Shown: in pieces, positions 46,431-58,200 of the stretch
Layout of the letters: each line of letters starts with the position of its first letter
How positions within the stretch are numbered: position 1 is the stretch's first letter
Source: Schizochytrium sp. TIO01
Lineage: Eukaryota; Protista; Bigyra: Labyrinthulomycetes
Length of the DNA: 64,000 nucleotides
Assembly (NCBI GenBank): GCA_004764695.1
Contig: SMSO01000031.1
Span: 4,936,436 to 5,000,435 of the forward strand
Direction: 5' to 3'
Program-made: the position numbers and the translations under genes
Notes under the pieces: generated by a model
What the model saw: the letters and a program-made list of their open reading frames with translations, nothing else
Told to the model about the DNA's origin: nothing
The model's database searches: none

Positions 46431-47572
46431 AATCGCTTAAAGTTGTCAACCAGGGTTTTTAATATGAATGCGATAGGAAGTTTATTCTCAGATTTGTGTA
46501 GGTAGGCACGTATGCACCCCCAACACACACTGATATCCGCAACCTAGCTCGCTTGCAGTTGTCGTACCAAAACTGATTTGCTTGGATAAGCTAATTCTTG
46601 GCCGTTTTCCCCAAATGTGCTGTCTTGAATAAAACAGGCCTTTCAGTAAGCTTTCAATAAGCTCTCCTTCTCGCGCCCTTTCGCTCGTCCTGTCGGGTGC
46701 CTTGCCTTACCCTCGCTCTTCACGTCAGGTTCCAGTCAACTTAATTCTCCAGCTCCTCGTCCAAGTTCTCAATACAAAACCTTTCTAAGACAGATCAACC
46801 TTTGCTTCGCCAACCTCAAATGTGCGGCCGCGGCGCTGCCGTCACTGCAGCACGAGTGCGTTTGCAGGCACCTCGCGGCCAAGCAGCCGGCAGACCTCCA
46901 GAAGCGCCCAGAACTTGCCTGCCCTGCCAGCGTAGGCGCGAGCCTCTCTCCCTTCGCGATCCGCTACTCGCCGTGGTTCGGCTTCTCCAAATATGAAATC
47001 TGCTCGCTGTCGCTCACGAGGAGGAGAATGGTGGCGAGTGCTTCTCCTGCTTATTATTCCCTTTGCCATAGTATTTCAAATTAACACATAGAACGGAACA
47101 TACATCTATTCTCTTCACCTTCTTCTACAGCTTAGCGTCTTAAATGTTGTTTTCTCATAAAATCAGTATAATAGATTGCTTGGGTGGGAAGGTTCTGTGT
47201 GCTGGCTCACAGACAATCAGAACGGAACGTGTTGATTTAATTTTGATATAAACAGATACTAAATTTATGAAATAATATTGCATTAAAGGGATGTCTGTAG
47301 CACTTGTTAAAGGTTGGGTCCGTTCTGTAAGGTGGGCGTGGGACTTCTGCTTAAGCCTTCCTTTTCCCGATTTTTACACATTTCGTGAACAGACATTGAT
47401 TGATTTAATTGCTCGATTCGCTCGTTCGATCGAGGCAGCCTCGCGTGGTGCTAAGACTTTTGCCATCACAGGATTCGCACTGGAAAGCTAACCTTGGCAA
47501 CGCGTGTAAAACGGTTGCTGCAACCACGAAAGGAAGCACACCGCCGCTCCGAGTGCGTCAAGGCCGTCTACC

Positions 47573-49735
47573 ATGGGTCCCAGAGTCCACAGCACAAGTC
47601 GCGGCAAGTTGAGGTACTTTGCGCGGCGGCCTCGTGCACTGCTTCTTGCAGTTCCTCTGGTACTAATGTTGCTCGTGGCCTTGATGCTAGATGCTTCGAG
47701 TGCTCAGGAAGTACCCACTGAGGTTTGCAACGACTTTGAGAATGGTGGAACATGTGCCGAGGGCCAGGGTGCTGTACAAGAATTTCCTGACGGTGACAAT
47801 AATGATGACCAGGATTACATGTATAACGAGGAAGACGAAGATGAGGATGAGGATGAGGATGGTGGTAACACGTTTGTCGGATCTTTCGCATCGTCTTCGG
47901 CATCGGGATCCTCAGCATCGTCATTTGCGGGATCGGGGTCTTCGGCATCATCATTTGCGTATTCCGGTTCATTTTCTGGAGATGCTGTGGAAGATGATCC
48001 TGAAGAGAATGGAGATACCAATGACATCGATACGAACGAAGAAAATCATGATCAAGGTGTCGAAACAGGGTCTGGAATTCAGTTTACTAAAGGGAAACGA
48101 ACGTACGGTAGGCGCAAACCTACATGGCGTCGGAGACTTGAGGAGCAGTCGTATGAGGAGATCAAAGCACAGTGGAAAGCAGAGAAAGCTAAAGAACGCG
48201 CTGAAAACGGAGAGTCTGAGGAAGAGAAAGAGCTCCAGAGCTTTGTACGTACAACATTGGGCCTCCCCCTCCACGACCTACGCTTCACATTTGGTTTAGG
48301 ACTCTTCTTGTCAGCCTGTGTCTTTGTGATGAACCTTGTTTATCAGTACGATGTAGATCAAACGAACGACCCAGAAGGCAAGAGGGAGATGGCGACAAAC
48401 AACCATACCCACTCTTTAGCCGCAATATATATCCTTCAGGAGCTTCAAGCGAAGTGGTTGCCTCAAGAAGTTTTGCACAAAATTGAGAACATACTGATTG
48501 AAGACCTTTATGACTGGTCCTCGACTTCCTCGAACCCTGATGATGGCAGTGTGATCATGGACTCTGCTCTTTTGTTCAGATTTAGTGGTGCAGAAAAACC
48601 TCGAACACCGTGGCGCGCAGATGAAACGAGCGTATTGGGAGCCGCACATCGCATTGATAAGCCCCTTCGATCCCGAGCGATGCAAACATTGCGTATACTC
48701 ATACATGGTCCAGATTCAAAGGATGACGTTCTTCTGGATGAGAAGGGAGTGCGTGTTGTAGCAGACTATTTGACTAAGCGTCTTCTTGTATGCTTGGTCG
48801 ATGAGCAACGTGAGGATATGCGTTGTGCTGTAGCAACTGCGTTGCGGGCCTTTCGTACACCCCGTGACTGTGTAACCTCTGTTTCATTTGCGCCCGGCGT
48901 GGAGCCAATTCAGGTGATTAGCCCCGTTGCAAAACGTCTCCGGCGCCTCGAAGTGAACTTGCTACATGGGAGAATTGCTGAAATTATTAAGGAGCATAGT
49001 GATTTCAAAGTTACTCTAACAGGTCATGGTGCCAATGGATCTGTAGCAGTAGCTGCCCTGGCAGCAATTTACACTGGTCCAGTTGGTACGGATGAAAGTT
49101 GGGCATTTCAAGGGGATCGTAGGGACCTTTCTGCGATTGTTTTTGGGCCAATCCCTGCTATTGCAGGATTGCCAGATTCATCTGAGGCGAACGACCATGT
49201 TGAGACGATAATTCATGACTCAGATATTTGGCCTCGGATGAGTCCTCAAGCTTTGACGAACGCTAAGGCGTTGTACGATACGATATCCTCAGCACTGCCT
49301 GCACATCAGCGCCTCAAGTTCACGACTGACGTGGATATCGATACGGAGATACTGGAGAAATTGAATGATTTGGTGGAGAGCACCCCTGGTGTAATAAATC
49401 CACTCCCAGAAGATGAGAAGAATGGTGTATGTGAGAAGATTCCGGATGTAAGGCACGTTGGCCGTATAATTGTGTTATGTCGCCCAGAACAAGAAGACAA
49501 TGATGACGAGGACGAAGATGTAGAAAATGACAAGGAACTTGCGGCTGTTATGGCAGCTGCGTCGGGTGCCTTGGGTACGCGTAAAGCGGAAGATGTAATT
49601 TATGGCTGGCACGAAATCAATGCGTTAGCAGCTTCGCGCTTGGGGCTCTTAGCCGCAGTTGACTGCATCTCTTGTCACGATAAGGGACTGTACGAGCGGT
49701 CTATCAAACAGTCTCAGCAGGTCTCTAAAAATTGA
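47573..49735 (+). CDS. Membrane-anchored lipase class 3/DAGL-like alpha/beta-hydrolase homolog lacking the catalytic Ser
   Basis: N-terminal hydrophobic anchor and a second TM segment (FGLGLFLSACVFVMNLVY). FKVTLTGHGANG occupies the GHSLGG position; also AIVFGP, IIHDSDIWPRMS and a terminal CISCH. Confidence 0.7.
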   Translation: MGPRVHSTSRGKLRYFARRPRALLLAVPLVLMLLVALMLDASSAQEVPTEVCNDFENGGTCAEGQGAVQEFPDGDNNDDQDYMYNEEDEDEDEDEDGGNTFVGSFASSSASGSSASSFAGSGSSASSFAYSGSFSGDAVEDDPEENGDTNDIDTNEENHDQGVETGSGIQFTKGKRTYGRRKPTWRRRLEEQSYEEIKAQWKAEKAKERAENGESEEEKELQSFVRTTLGLPLHDLRFTFGLGLFLSACVFVMNLVYQYDVDQTNDPEGKREMATNNHTHSLAAIYILQELQAKWLPQEVLHKIENILIEDLYDWSSTSSNPDDGSVIMDSALLFRFSGAEKPRTPWRADETSVLGAAHRIDKPLRSRAMQTLRILIHGPDSKDDVLLDEKGVRVVADYLTKRLLVCLVDEQREDMRCAVATALRAFRTPRDCVTSVSFAPGVEPIQVISPVAKRLRRLEVNLLHGRIAEIIKEHSDFKVTLTGHGANGSVAVAALAAIYTGPVGTDESWAFQGDRRDLSAIVFGPIPAIAGLPDSSEANDHVETIIHDSDIWPRMSPQALTNAKALYDTISSALPAHQRLKFTTDVDIDTEILEKLNDLVESTPGVINPLPEDEKNGVCEKIPDVRHVGRIIVLCRPEQEDNDDEDEDVENDKELAAVMAAASGALGTRKAEDVIYGWHEINALAASRLGLLAAVDCISCHDKGLYERSIKQSQQVSKN

Positions 49736-50223
49736 TATAACTGTAGCATCGTCTATGATTTATGCATACCAATCGACAAGATAAACAATGATATCTTTAT
49801 TCATTTCCTTTTACTTGCTTCTATTCTTCAATAGAACCATTGGAGACTTCAACTGGTTCTAAGATCAGATGTGCTCTTGAATTGCCTGTGAAGTAATTGA
49901 GCGTGCAAGGAGAAGGGAAACGGTTAAAAAAAATTATGGATGGGGGGATATTTATTTATCTGGTTTCAAGGGGGTTAGAGCGTGGGGGGACCCAGATCTG
50001 ACACAACATAGCACAATTAACGAGACGATTGCACAGTTAAAAAAATCTTAAGGATCCAGGAATATTTATTTTTATTTATCTGGATTCAAGTGGGCAGAGG
50101 AGCCCGTCCAGATCTTAGATCTTACACAGAATAACATTACTGAACAAATTGCACAATGCAGGGGAAAAAGAAGAAGGCGAGTCTGAACAGAATAATTGAA
50201 CAAAATAATATGTGCTTTGCTTT

Positions 50224-52050
50224 TTAGAAATGGGTTTTGATATTACACGCAGCGGGAGAAAGAGAGGAAGTAAATGAAGAGGTAGGAGATGCCAAAGGCG
50301 TGACCGACGCGTCGGAGAATCCAAGGTCTGCGACACAGTCAGGAGACACGACTTCTTCAGAGCGAAAATATTCGGGAAAGACCTCTCGAACGTACTTGAG
50401 CAGGATGGTTTTGCAATGCGCAACGCGGCCAGGGTGGACAGCTCCAAGACTGGTACCGAGAGCCGTGCAGCGGCAGTTGCAAATATCAAGCGCGCAGAGC
50501 AAACTCGCCGTTGCGGTCTCGGACGGCAAGAACTGCACAAATATATATTCGCATAAAACAATCTCCAGAAAGGTTTCTGTGAAAGAGAGCACCTTTTCGC
50601 GCAGTTTCCTATCCACACTGTCAAAGTAGAGGATAAGGTGGCGCAAAAAAGCAAACGGTGTGACAGGGTTGAGTTCCCAGGAGAGAACGCGCAAGAGCTC
50701 AAGTTCCATAAGGCGAATGTCAGACTCGAGATAGATGCCTTCAGCAAGGCCTTGGAGCTCTTTAATGCTGATGGGCTGCGTCTCGCAGAGCTTAGTGGCA
50801 ACAAGGATCGCAGCCAATGCGACCAATTGCAAAATGCACTTTTTGGTGCTTACGTGGCTTAAGTAGCGGTCAACGTAGTTCATTGCCGTCGCCACGGTGC
50901 AGATGCCGATGTCGTATTCGTCGACGAACTCGAACATCCATTCGAAGAGCCGCGATCGCCACACCGGCCGCATGCCATCCACCTGAACGGACTCAATATA
51001 GTTGTCTTGGACTTGGTATTTCCGTTCGGTTTCGAGCATAGAGGCCAGTCTATCGCGGAGCTCATCTCGTTTTGGGACAATGGGACATGAGGAAAGCGCA
51101 CTTGCGGGCTGGGCGAGAGTGGCCGCTTCGTCCAGCTCGTTTTCCCCATCTTCTCCATCATCATCATCATTATTTTCTTCTTCTTCTTCGTGATGACCAT
51201 GTTGGTAGTCCTTACCTTTGTTACTTTCATTTTTTGCTGTCGTGGCGTGCGTTCCAAGCACGTGAACTTTGAATTGCTGTTGTTGTCGTCGTGGATGAAA
51301 GTGCTGAAAACGGTTATTTTCTTGATCCTCGAATTTGTCTTCTTGAGTGTTGCCAATATTTGACAGAACGCGATCATCTTTATCATCATTCTCGTTGTGG
51401 TTTCGGAAAGCACAGGGATCTTCAGCATTGCAAATTTCCTCGTAGAGATCCTCGAGCCTGAGTGCTTGGTTCTCCTTGGAAGCCTCAGCCTCATCTTCGT
51501 CATTGTAAGTATCGTATCCATATGCATCGTCATCATTATGATCACGGTCTCCATCTTCATACGCATATGCAAGCATGAACGCAGGGCTGTCGCATAAAGT
51601 TTCGCGCATGTCTTTCGAAGGACCACTTTTTCTGCCTTTCTCACAGAAGAACCGCGTTTCGGCTCTTCCAGCAGCTGCACCAGCTTTCCGGCGCAGGACC
51701 CCATGAGCGCCGACCTCCTCGCCCACCTCGTCTGGCACGCTCTCATCTTCTCTGGGTAATCCTCGCAGGATCCTCTGCTGATTTTGGTTCTGATTTTGGT
51801 GCTTTTCCGATGGCTGCTTGAGCGTCCGCATGGTCTCCATGGCTGCGGCGCTTGTCATGGCTCTTTTCATCGACAAGGCCCTTGAAACTTCGGCGCCGGC
51901 AGTGCGGCTTCGGGGCCTTGGGTTTCTTCTCGACGCTGCGTCGGCCTGGCGTCCTTCCTCTCCGCTGTGGCGGCGTCCTCCGTCGCCGCAGCGGCCTCCG
52001 CCATGGGCGATGGCTGTAGCCGCCTCTAGCTGCCTTGCCGTGTCCGCCAT
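50224..52050 (-). CDS. Cyclin (D-type-like) with a long disordered N-terminus
   Basis: Cyclin box MLETERKY..NYI..VQ..MRPVWRSRLFEWMFE..TAMNYVDRYLS..LQLVA..ATKLCE..MELELLRVLSWELNPVTP, plus a C-terminal SPxxV/PEST-like tail. The true start codon is uncertain. Confidence 0.88.
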   Translation of the reverse strand: MADTARQLEAATAIAHGGGRCGDGGRRHSGEEGRQADAASRRNPRPRSRTAGAEVSRALSMKRAMTSAAAMETMRTLKQPSEKHQNQNQNQQRILRGLPREDESVPDEVGEEVGAHGVLRRKAGAAAGRAETRFFCEKGRKSGPSKDMRETLCDSPAFMLAYAYEDGDRDHNDDDAYGYDTYNDEDEAEASKENQALRLEDLYEEICNAEDPCAFRNHNENDDKDDRVLSNIGNTQEDKFEDQENNRFQHFHPRRQQQQFKVHVLGTHATTAKNESNKGKDYQHGHHEEEEENNDDDDGEDGENELDEAATLAQPASALSSCPIVPKRDELRDRLASMLETERKYQVQDNYIESVQVDGMRPVWRSRLFEWMFEFVDEYDIGICTVATAMNYVDRYLSHVSTKKCILQLVALAAILVATKLCETQPISIKELQGLAEGIYLESDIRLMELELLRVLSWELNPVTPFAFLRHLILYFDSVDRKLREKVLSFTETFLEIVLCEYIFVQFLPSETATASLLCALDICNCRCTALGTSLGAVHPGRVAHCKTILLKYVREVFPEYFRSEEVVSPDCVADLGFSDASVTPLASPTSSFTSSLSPAACNIKTHF

Positions 52051-52358
52051 CGCGCTAACGAGGAGCGAGCACGCAAAGACGGGAGGGAGACGGAGGAGGA
52101 AGAGGAGGAGGGGAAGCCGACAGCGACCAGGGCCGCGTCTGCGCCGCGCCTCCGGACCGCGCCTCGAGCCTCTACGCCGCCGGCTGAGGCTTGCCGGACT
52201 GTACGCACGCGGCCAACCTCGCTCAGGTTGGCCTGACGAAGGGCATTGGTTTTACTTTTTACTCCTCTGTTTGTTTAATGTTTATTTATTACGATGATTA
52301 GATTCAATGATGAAATATTATTTTTATTTTAAAAAAGGAGGAGAAGAAGACGAAGAAG

Positions 52359-52359
<1 letters not shown>

Positions 52360-52398
<39 letters not shown>

Positions 52399-53785
52399 GT
52401 AGTTCATAATTTATAATTTATGATTTTTTAATAATAATAAATTTTAGTTACCTCATTATGAATTATTTTATCATGATTGTTATAGAAACAGAAGAAGCGT
52501 AAGACAATTTAGGAAAACTCAGGTACCCAAAAGAAAGCTTTCGCGCATGGAGGGAGGGAGATCTTAACGATGAGGATTGGGCGGCTTGGGCGCTCAGCCT
52601 TCTAAGCTCATTGCCAGCAAACGCAGGACAGAAGAGACTTCCTGGAATTTATTGTCTTCGTCTTTCCATGGTGGATATGTATGTAGGCTGTTTGTTAGTC
52701 AGGGAGGCACCAAGAGCCTCCTAGAGTGTTTTCATACTTATGTACTTGTACGATTCTCTTCAAGTTCCTTCATGATACTTTATTTGTCTATTTATTACTT
52801 AACTTTTAAGAAAAACATCTCAGAGAAAGAAGAAGAAGAAGAAGAAGAAGAACAAGAAGAAGAAGAAGAGGAAGTACCTACTAGTTAAATGCTAGGTAGA
52901 ATTAGGAACAGAAATACCTAGAAACGGTGATCATGCGCATCATCGATTCTTACTTCAGTGATTGAGTGCGTGAATGAATGAATGAATGACTGAATGAATG
53001 AATGAATGAATGTGTATTCCCACAATGCTTTTTCGCTGTTGCATGCTTTCTGGTGCTTGCTCGCCCACCTTGTTCTCTCAATGCAAGCTGCTAAATGCTT
53101 TTGCTTGCTTCTGAATAAGCTCAGGCAGGCCTTTCGCATCGATCGTTGATAGGAATGAATGTCTTTCGAGTTTCCATCGTTTGCCTTTATTCTCACGCTC
53201 CTCCCTTTTACTCGACCAGAAACCAAAAGAACTTTCAACCAACTAACTAACTCCCTACCTAACCCCCTTAACTTTAACGACAAAAGTCCAAACTTAGGCT
53301 TTCTTACAAAACCCTTTTCATTTCAGTAGGTAGATCGATCAACAAAATGAAAACTTAACTTTCGTCTTCAAACTTCAAACTTCAAACTTCAGACTTAAAA
53401 CTTAAAGCTTCAAAGAGAGAGAGAGAGAGAGAGAGTAATTAAAAACACAGCACCAAACCGATGGATGCACAACTAAACTCAGCGACCCGTGCAGTAAAAG
53501 GGGGACGGCCGAGAAACAAGCGAGTGCGGCCTCCCTTTCCTGCGCCCTTCTCTCTCTCCCTCTCTCTCTCTGCCAACTAACTAACTTCCTTTGCTGGGTC
53601 AACGGAGCTGTTCGTGGCCTCTCTTTGTTCCTTCATCCTCTCTTTCTTTCCCTTTTGCTGCCTTTGCTTCTTTCTTCCTCTTTCGAATGCTAATTAATTA
53701 AAATTAATTGATGCCAAAGCGGCACTTACTGTAGAGTCTGATTAGTTAGTTCTTAGTCGTCTAGTTAAATAGATAGATAGATAGA
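52360..53785. repeat. Microsatellites (TTA)n, (GAA)n, (TGAA)n, (AG)n, (GATA)n
   Basis: Directly visible. Confidence 0.9.
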
Positions 53786-54030
53786 TAGATAGTTTAGTTC
53801 TCGATTGAGACGCCTGAAGGCCCTTCCTTCTGCGGCTGATTCCGCGAGAAAGCGATCGTCCTTGAGCTCTTCTCGTCGCAGGCAGGTATGTCACATTCTG
53901 CCTGTCGTCTGGTCTGAGCGTGCCATAGATACGCACCTCTCGTGGCATGACTCTGTTCAGAGCATCGAGGTTTACGCACGCCTCGGCTTGGCTCGGCTCG
54001 GCTCGAAAGCAAGAAGGGCATTGGTGCCTT

Positions 54031-54660
<630 letters not shown>

Positions 54661-54913
54661 AAGGAGCCCCACTAGGTCCGTGCACACCTTCGTGAGCGAC
54701 GTCGCTGCGGCTCTCGGGGCCCTCTCCAAGCTAGTGCCTGCACCATCGTTGGCTTTCTCCGCCCTTTTCCTTTTCCTTTTCCTCAACGATTCCCCTACCT
54801 CGCCACTCCCTCCTGTCCTCACTCCGGCAATCCAACTCGCTTCGCTTCTCCACCAAGACCTCCTCGAGCTCAAGGCGCCCGCTGTCCAAGATCTTTATCG
54901 CCTTCATTACACG

Positions 54914-55015
54914 CATTATATCGCATTGCATTATATCGCATTGCATTATATCGCATTGCATTATATCGCATTGCATTATATCGCATTGCATTATATCGCA
55001 TTGCATTATATCGCG
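54914..55015. repeat. 15-bp minisatellite (CATTATATCGCATTG), ~6.7 copies
   Basis: Directly visible. Confidence 0.95.
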
Positions 55016-55287
55016 TTTCATTGCATTGCTGTCTCTCTCTCCCTCTCGAACACACACACACAGCGAATGCATGCAAACCCGCCGAAGCGGCATCGACGGA
55101 GAGCGCGATCGCCATGAGCTCCGGCGGTTGGTCGGTCGGTCGGTTGGTTGGTTGGCAATGCCAAAGCTCAGATCGACTTCGACGGCAGCTCAATTCTGAT
55201 GGACGCCTTCTTTCCCAACGGATGATCGCAAATGGGCGCGAAGCTTCGAGCGATGCCGTTCCCTCTTCGCGCTCTTTGGTCGACGTA

Positions 55288-58200
55288 TGATATGACATGA
55301 CATGACATGACATGACATGACATGACATGACATGACATGACATGACATGATGTGATGTGATGTGATGTGATATGATGGTGATAAGAGATCGATCGATCGA
55401 TCTTTCAATCATTCATTCATTCATTCATTCGTGCTCGATCGCGAAGAGATCGCGAAGGTACCCAAACATTCTTCAAGATTGAAGAATTGGCGATACAGAT
55501 AATGGGAATCCGAAGGAAAAGGACTCTTTCTCGCTTGCTTCCCAAGCTTTCTTTAGCTTCGTTCACTACGATGGAAGAAGAGAGCACACCCTTCCAAATG
55601 CCGTTTCCGCCTTCTTCCTTCACGGGCGACTTTAGTTCCTTCTAGCGCCTCTATACCCCACAGCTCCCGACTGCAGACCCCGCAGTATTGTTTTCTCTTT
55701 ACTCCTTTTCTTTTGGCCGCGCTCGCTTGGAAACTGAAGAGCACTCGGCATCCTCTTTGCTGACCAGGCCAACCTGCAGCTAGCTGGTGTCTCGCTGCAT
55801 GATGCAATTGGTTGGCTTATTCTTCGCTCTAGCCGCGTAGTTTTTACTCTCCTTGTTCTGCGACCTCGCTCGCAGCTTTCTATCTTTCCATTTACTCCGT
55901 TCAATCAAAATAAAAATATTATAAAGAACCTGAAAGACGCGCTTCGCGTCAATCACTTCCTCGCTCGAGCTGCGGCTTCTTCTTCTTGACCTTTTACTTT
56001 ATTTTATTTAATTTTAAATAAAAAACTATTTAAAAAAAACTGTTCTATCTAGAATCAAATAATTTATATATATACGTATAGAAATGAAAGCGAGCGAGCC
56101 AGCTACTAGTTCTGCTAGCAGTGGGTAGGGTAACCGCGGCGTTCAATGAACGACAGCAGCGTTTCCTTGCAGAATCAGAGCTCGAAGCCTGAGGATCTCT
56201 GGTACGCAGCCTAACCGCCTCCGCTCAGCCCAGCCCAGCTCAGCTTAGCTCAGCTCAAGAGCCTCTGCGGCGTTGGAACTTGACCTTTTTGCGAGTGCAG
56301 CTTTGGCCGTAACTAATCTCTGTCGATGGCGTATGAATAAATGGCGGTCTTTCAGATAGAATAGACGGATTTTTCTTGCGTGGAAACAATCAATCATTCA
56401 TTTATTCAATCAATCAATCAATCAATCAAACAAACGAACAAACAAACAAACAAACAAACAAACAGTTCTGGAGCTCATGACGGTTGCATTCTTGAGGAGA
56501 AGAAACAGATAGCCTGCAGGACCCGAGGCGCGGTACTCCTGGAGAGATCCTGACCAACGGCGGCGGCGTCTCTCAGAAAAATGCAAAGGTCCCCAACGAG
56601 ACTTGTATATACAATCTCAAGTTCAAGTCTTCCCATGAGTGCCTTCCTTTCTTCTTTTAAGTTGCGTCGAATAAATTGGTGAGTGAGTGAGTGAGTGAGT
56701 GAGTGAGTGAGTGAGTGAGTGATTGCTTTGCTGCACAAAGGGAGGAGAAGATGCCGATTGGAGTCTTTTCTGCGCAGTTTGTGGAGAATACATACCTATG
56801 CAAGCTGCGTATGTGGAGAGGGGTCTGCGCTGCCTTTCTGTGCTTTTTATATGCCTTCTGTTGGCTCTTGTTCCTGGTTTTTCAAGCTTGAGCAAGACTG
56901 AGGCTTATTATAGAACAGGATAAAGATCCACTTCGCACAGTGATGGAGTGACATGCATTTCTAAGCGCCTTTGTTCTTGTTCTTGACCAGTTTAAGCTTT
57001 TATTTCATACTTTCGTTGGTTTTATAATCGTCGAATGAAAGTTCTTTCTTGCCTATTTTTTATTTGAATGATTTTATTTTATTTTTTATTTTATTTTTTA
57101 ATAAAGAAGAAGAAGAAGAAATCATAGATATGTTACCAAAAGGAAAATCCTTCTGTTACTGTTACAGTAGTTGGACTTGGCTCGAAGAAATAAAAAGCTC
57201 TAGATTGTACAGGATGATGATGACTGGGAAAGAAAAGGAAAACCGTTTTCTGGTAGGATACATTCTGTCTGGTGTGAATGACCAGCATGCCCGAGCATGC
57301 AGTCTTTTACGCTGCACTATGTTTGGTATCACAGCTTTCAAAGAGGAGGTTTTCTTTATTGATAATAACTTAGAAGGCAATAGATATGTTGTTTTTGTTT
57401 TTGGTTTTGGTTTTGGTTTTACTTTTTTAGATCCTCAGGGAACATGCCTCAATGAATCCTTGTCGCATCTCAGAACAGGCGCTGCCCTTCCACACCCCCC
57501 CGCAGTCTCCAAGGACAGTGGTACTTCGGCCTATTCTTCAGCTATGCAACACCTGTGCGCAGAAGCACCTTAGAACCTGCAGAACTCGCGTACAGCTGCA
57601 AACTCTTGAGCCCGCTACTTCCAGCCTGAAACAGAGAGGAGTGGATCAATATGCGGCTAGCTCAGCGACTGAGCAGCTCGACTTAACGACACAACACGAC
57701 ACGACACGACACGACACGACACGACACGACATGAAATGACACAAGCCGAGGCGTCTTCGCCTGAGTGTTTTGCGCGCTTTTAGCTCCCACAGTGAAGGTC
57801 AAGGTGTGGGCGCAAGGTTTGGTGAAATTCCTGTCGCTTGCTTTCCTCAGCGAAAGCTTGTGTGAGGTCAACCATAACGCCGCTGCTCCAGCCCCTCCTG
57901 ATTCCCAGCCAACCGCGTCCAAGATCAGTCGCTCGATACGCTCTCTGCGTCCGCCCATCCCTCCTTTTGCGCGTCGCCAAAGTGCGTCTACGCTTCTGAC
58001 AGTCAGACAGACTGTTAGCTATCCAGACAGGCGCTGGGATGGGCTGAAAATGGAGAGACAGACGAAGTTGAACAGCGGCGCTGCTTTCATCTTTCTTTCA
58101 AGCCTAAGCAGCTAAGTAAGTAAGTAAGTAAGTAAGTACGTATCCACGTATAATGGAATGAGAGACGCCCTTTCCTGAACGAAGCGAGTCTGTCGAAATT

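Noticed and set aside
53240-53275. CCTAAC/CCCTA telomere-like words
   Set aside because: Not a tandem telomeric array.
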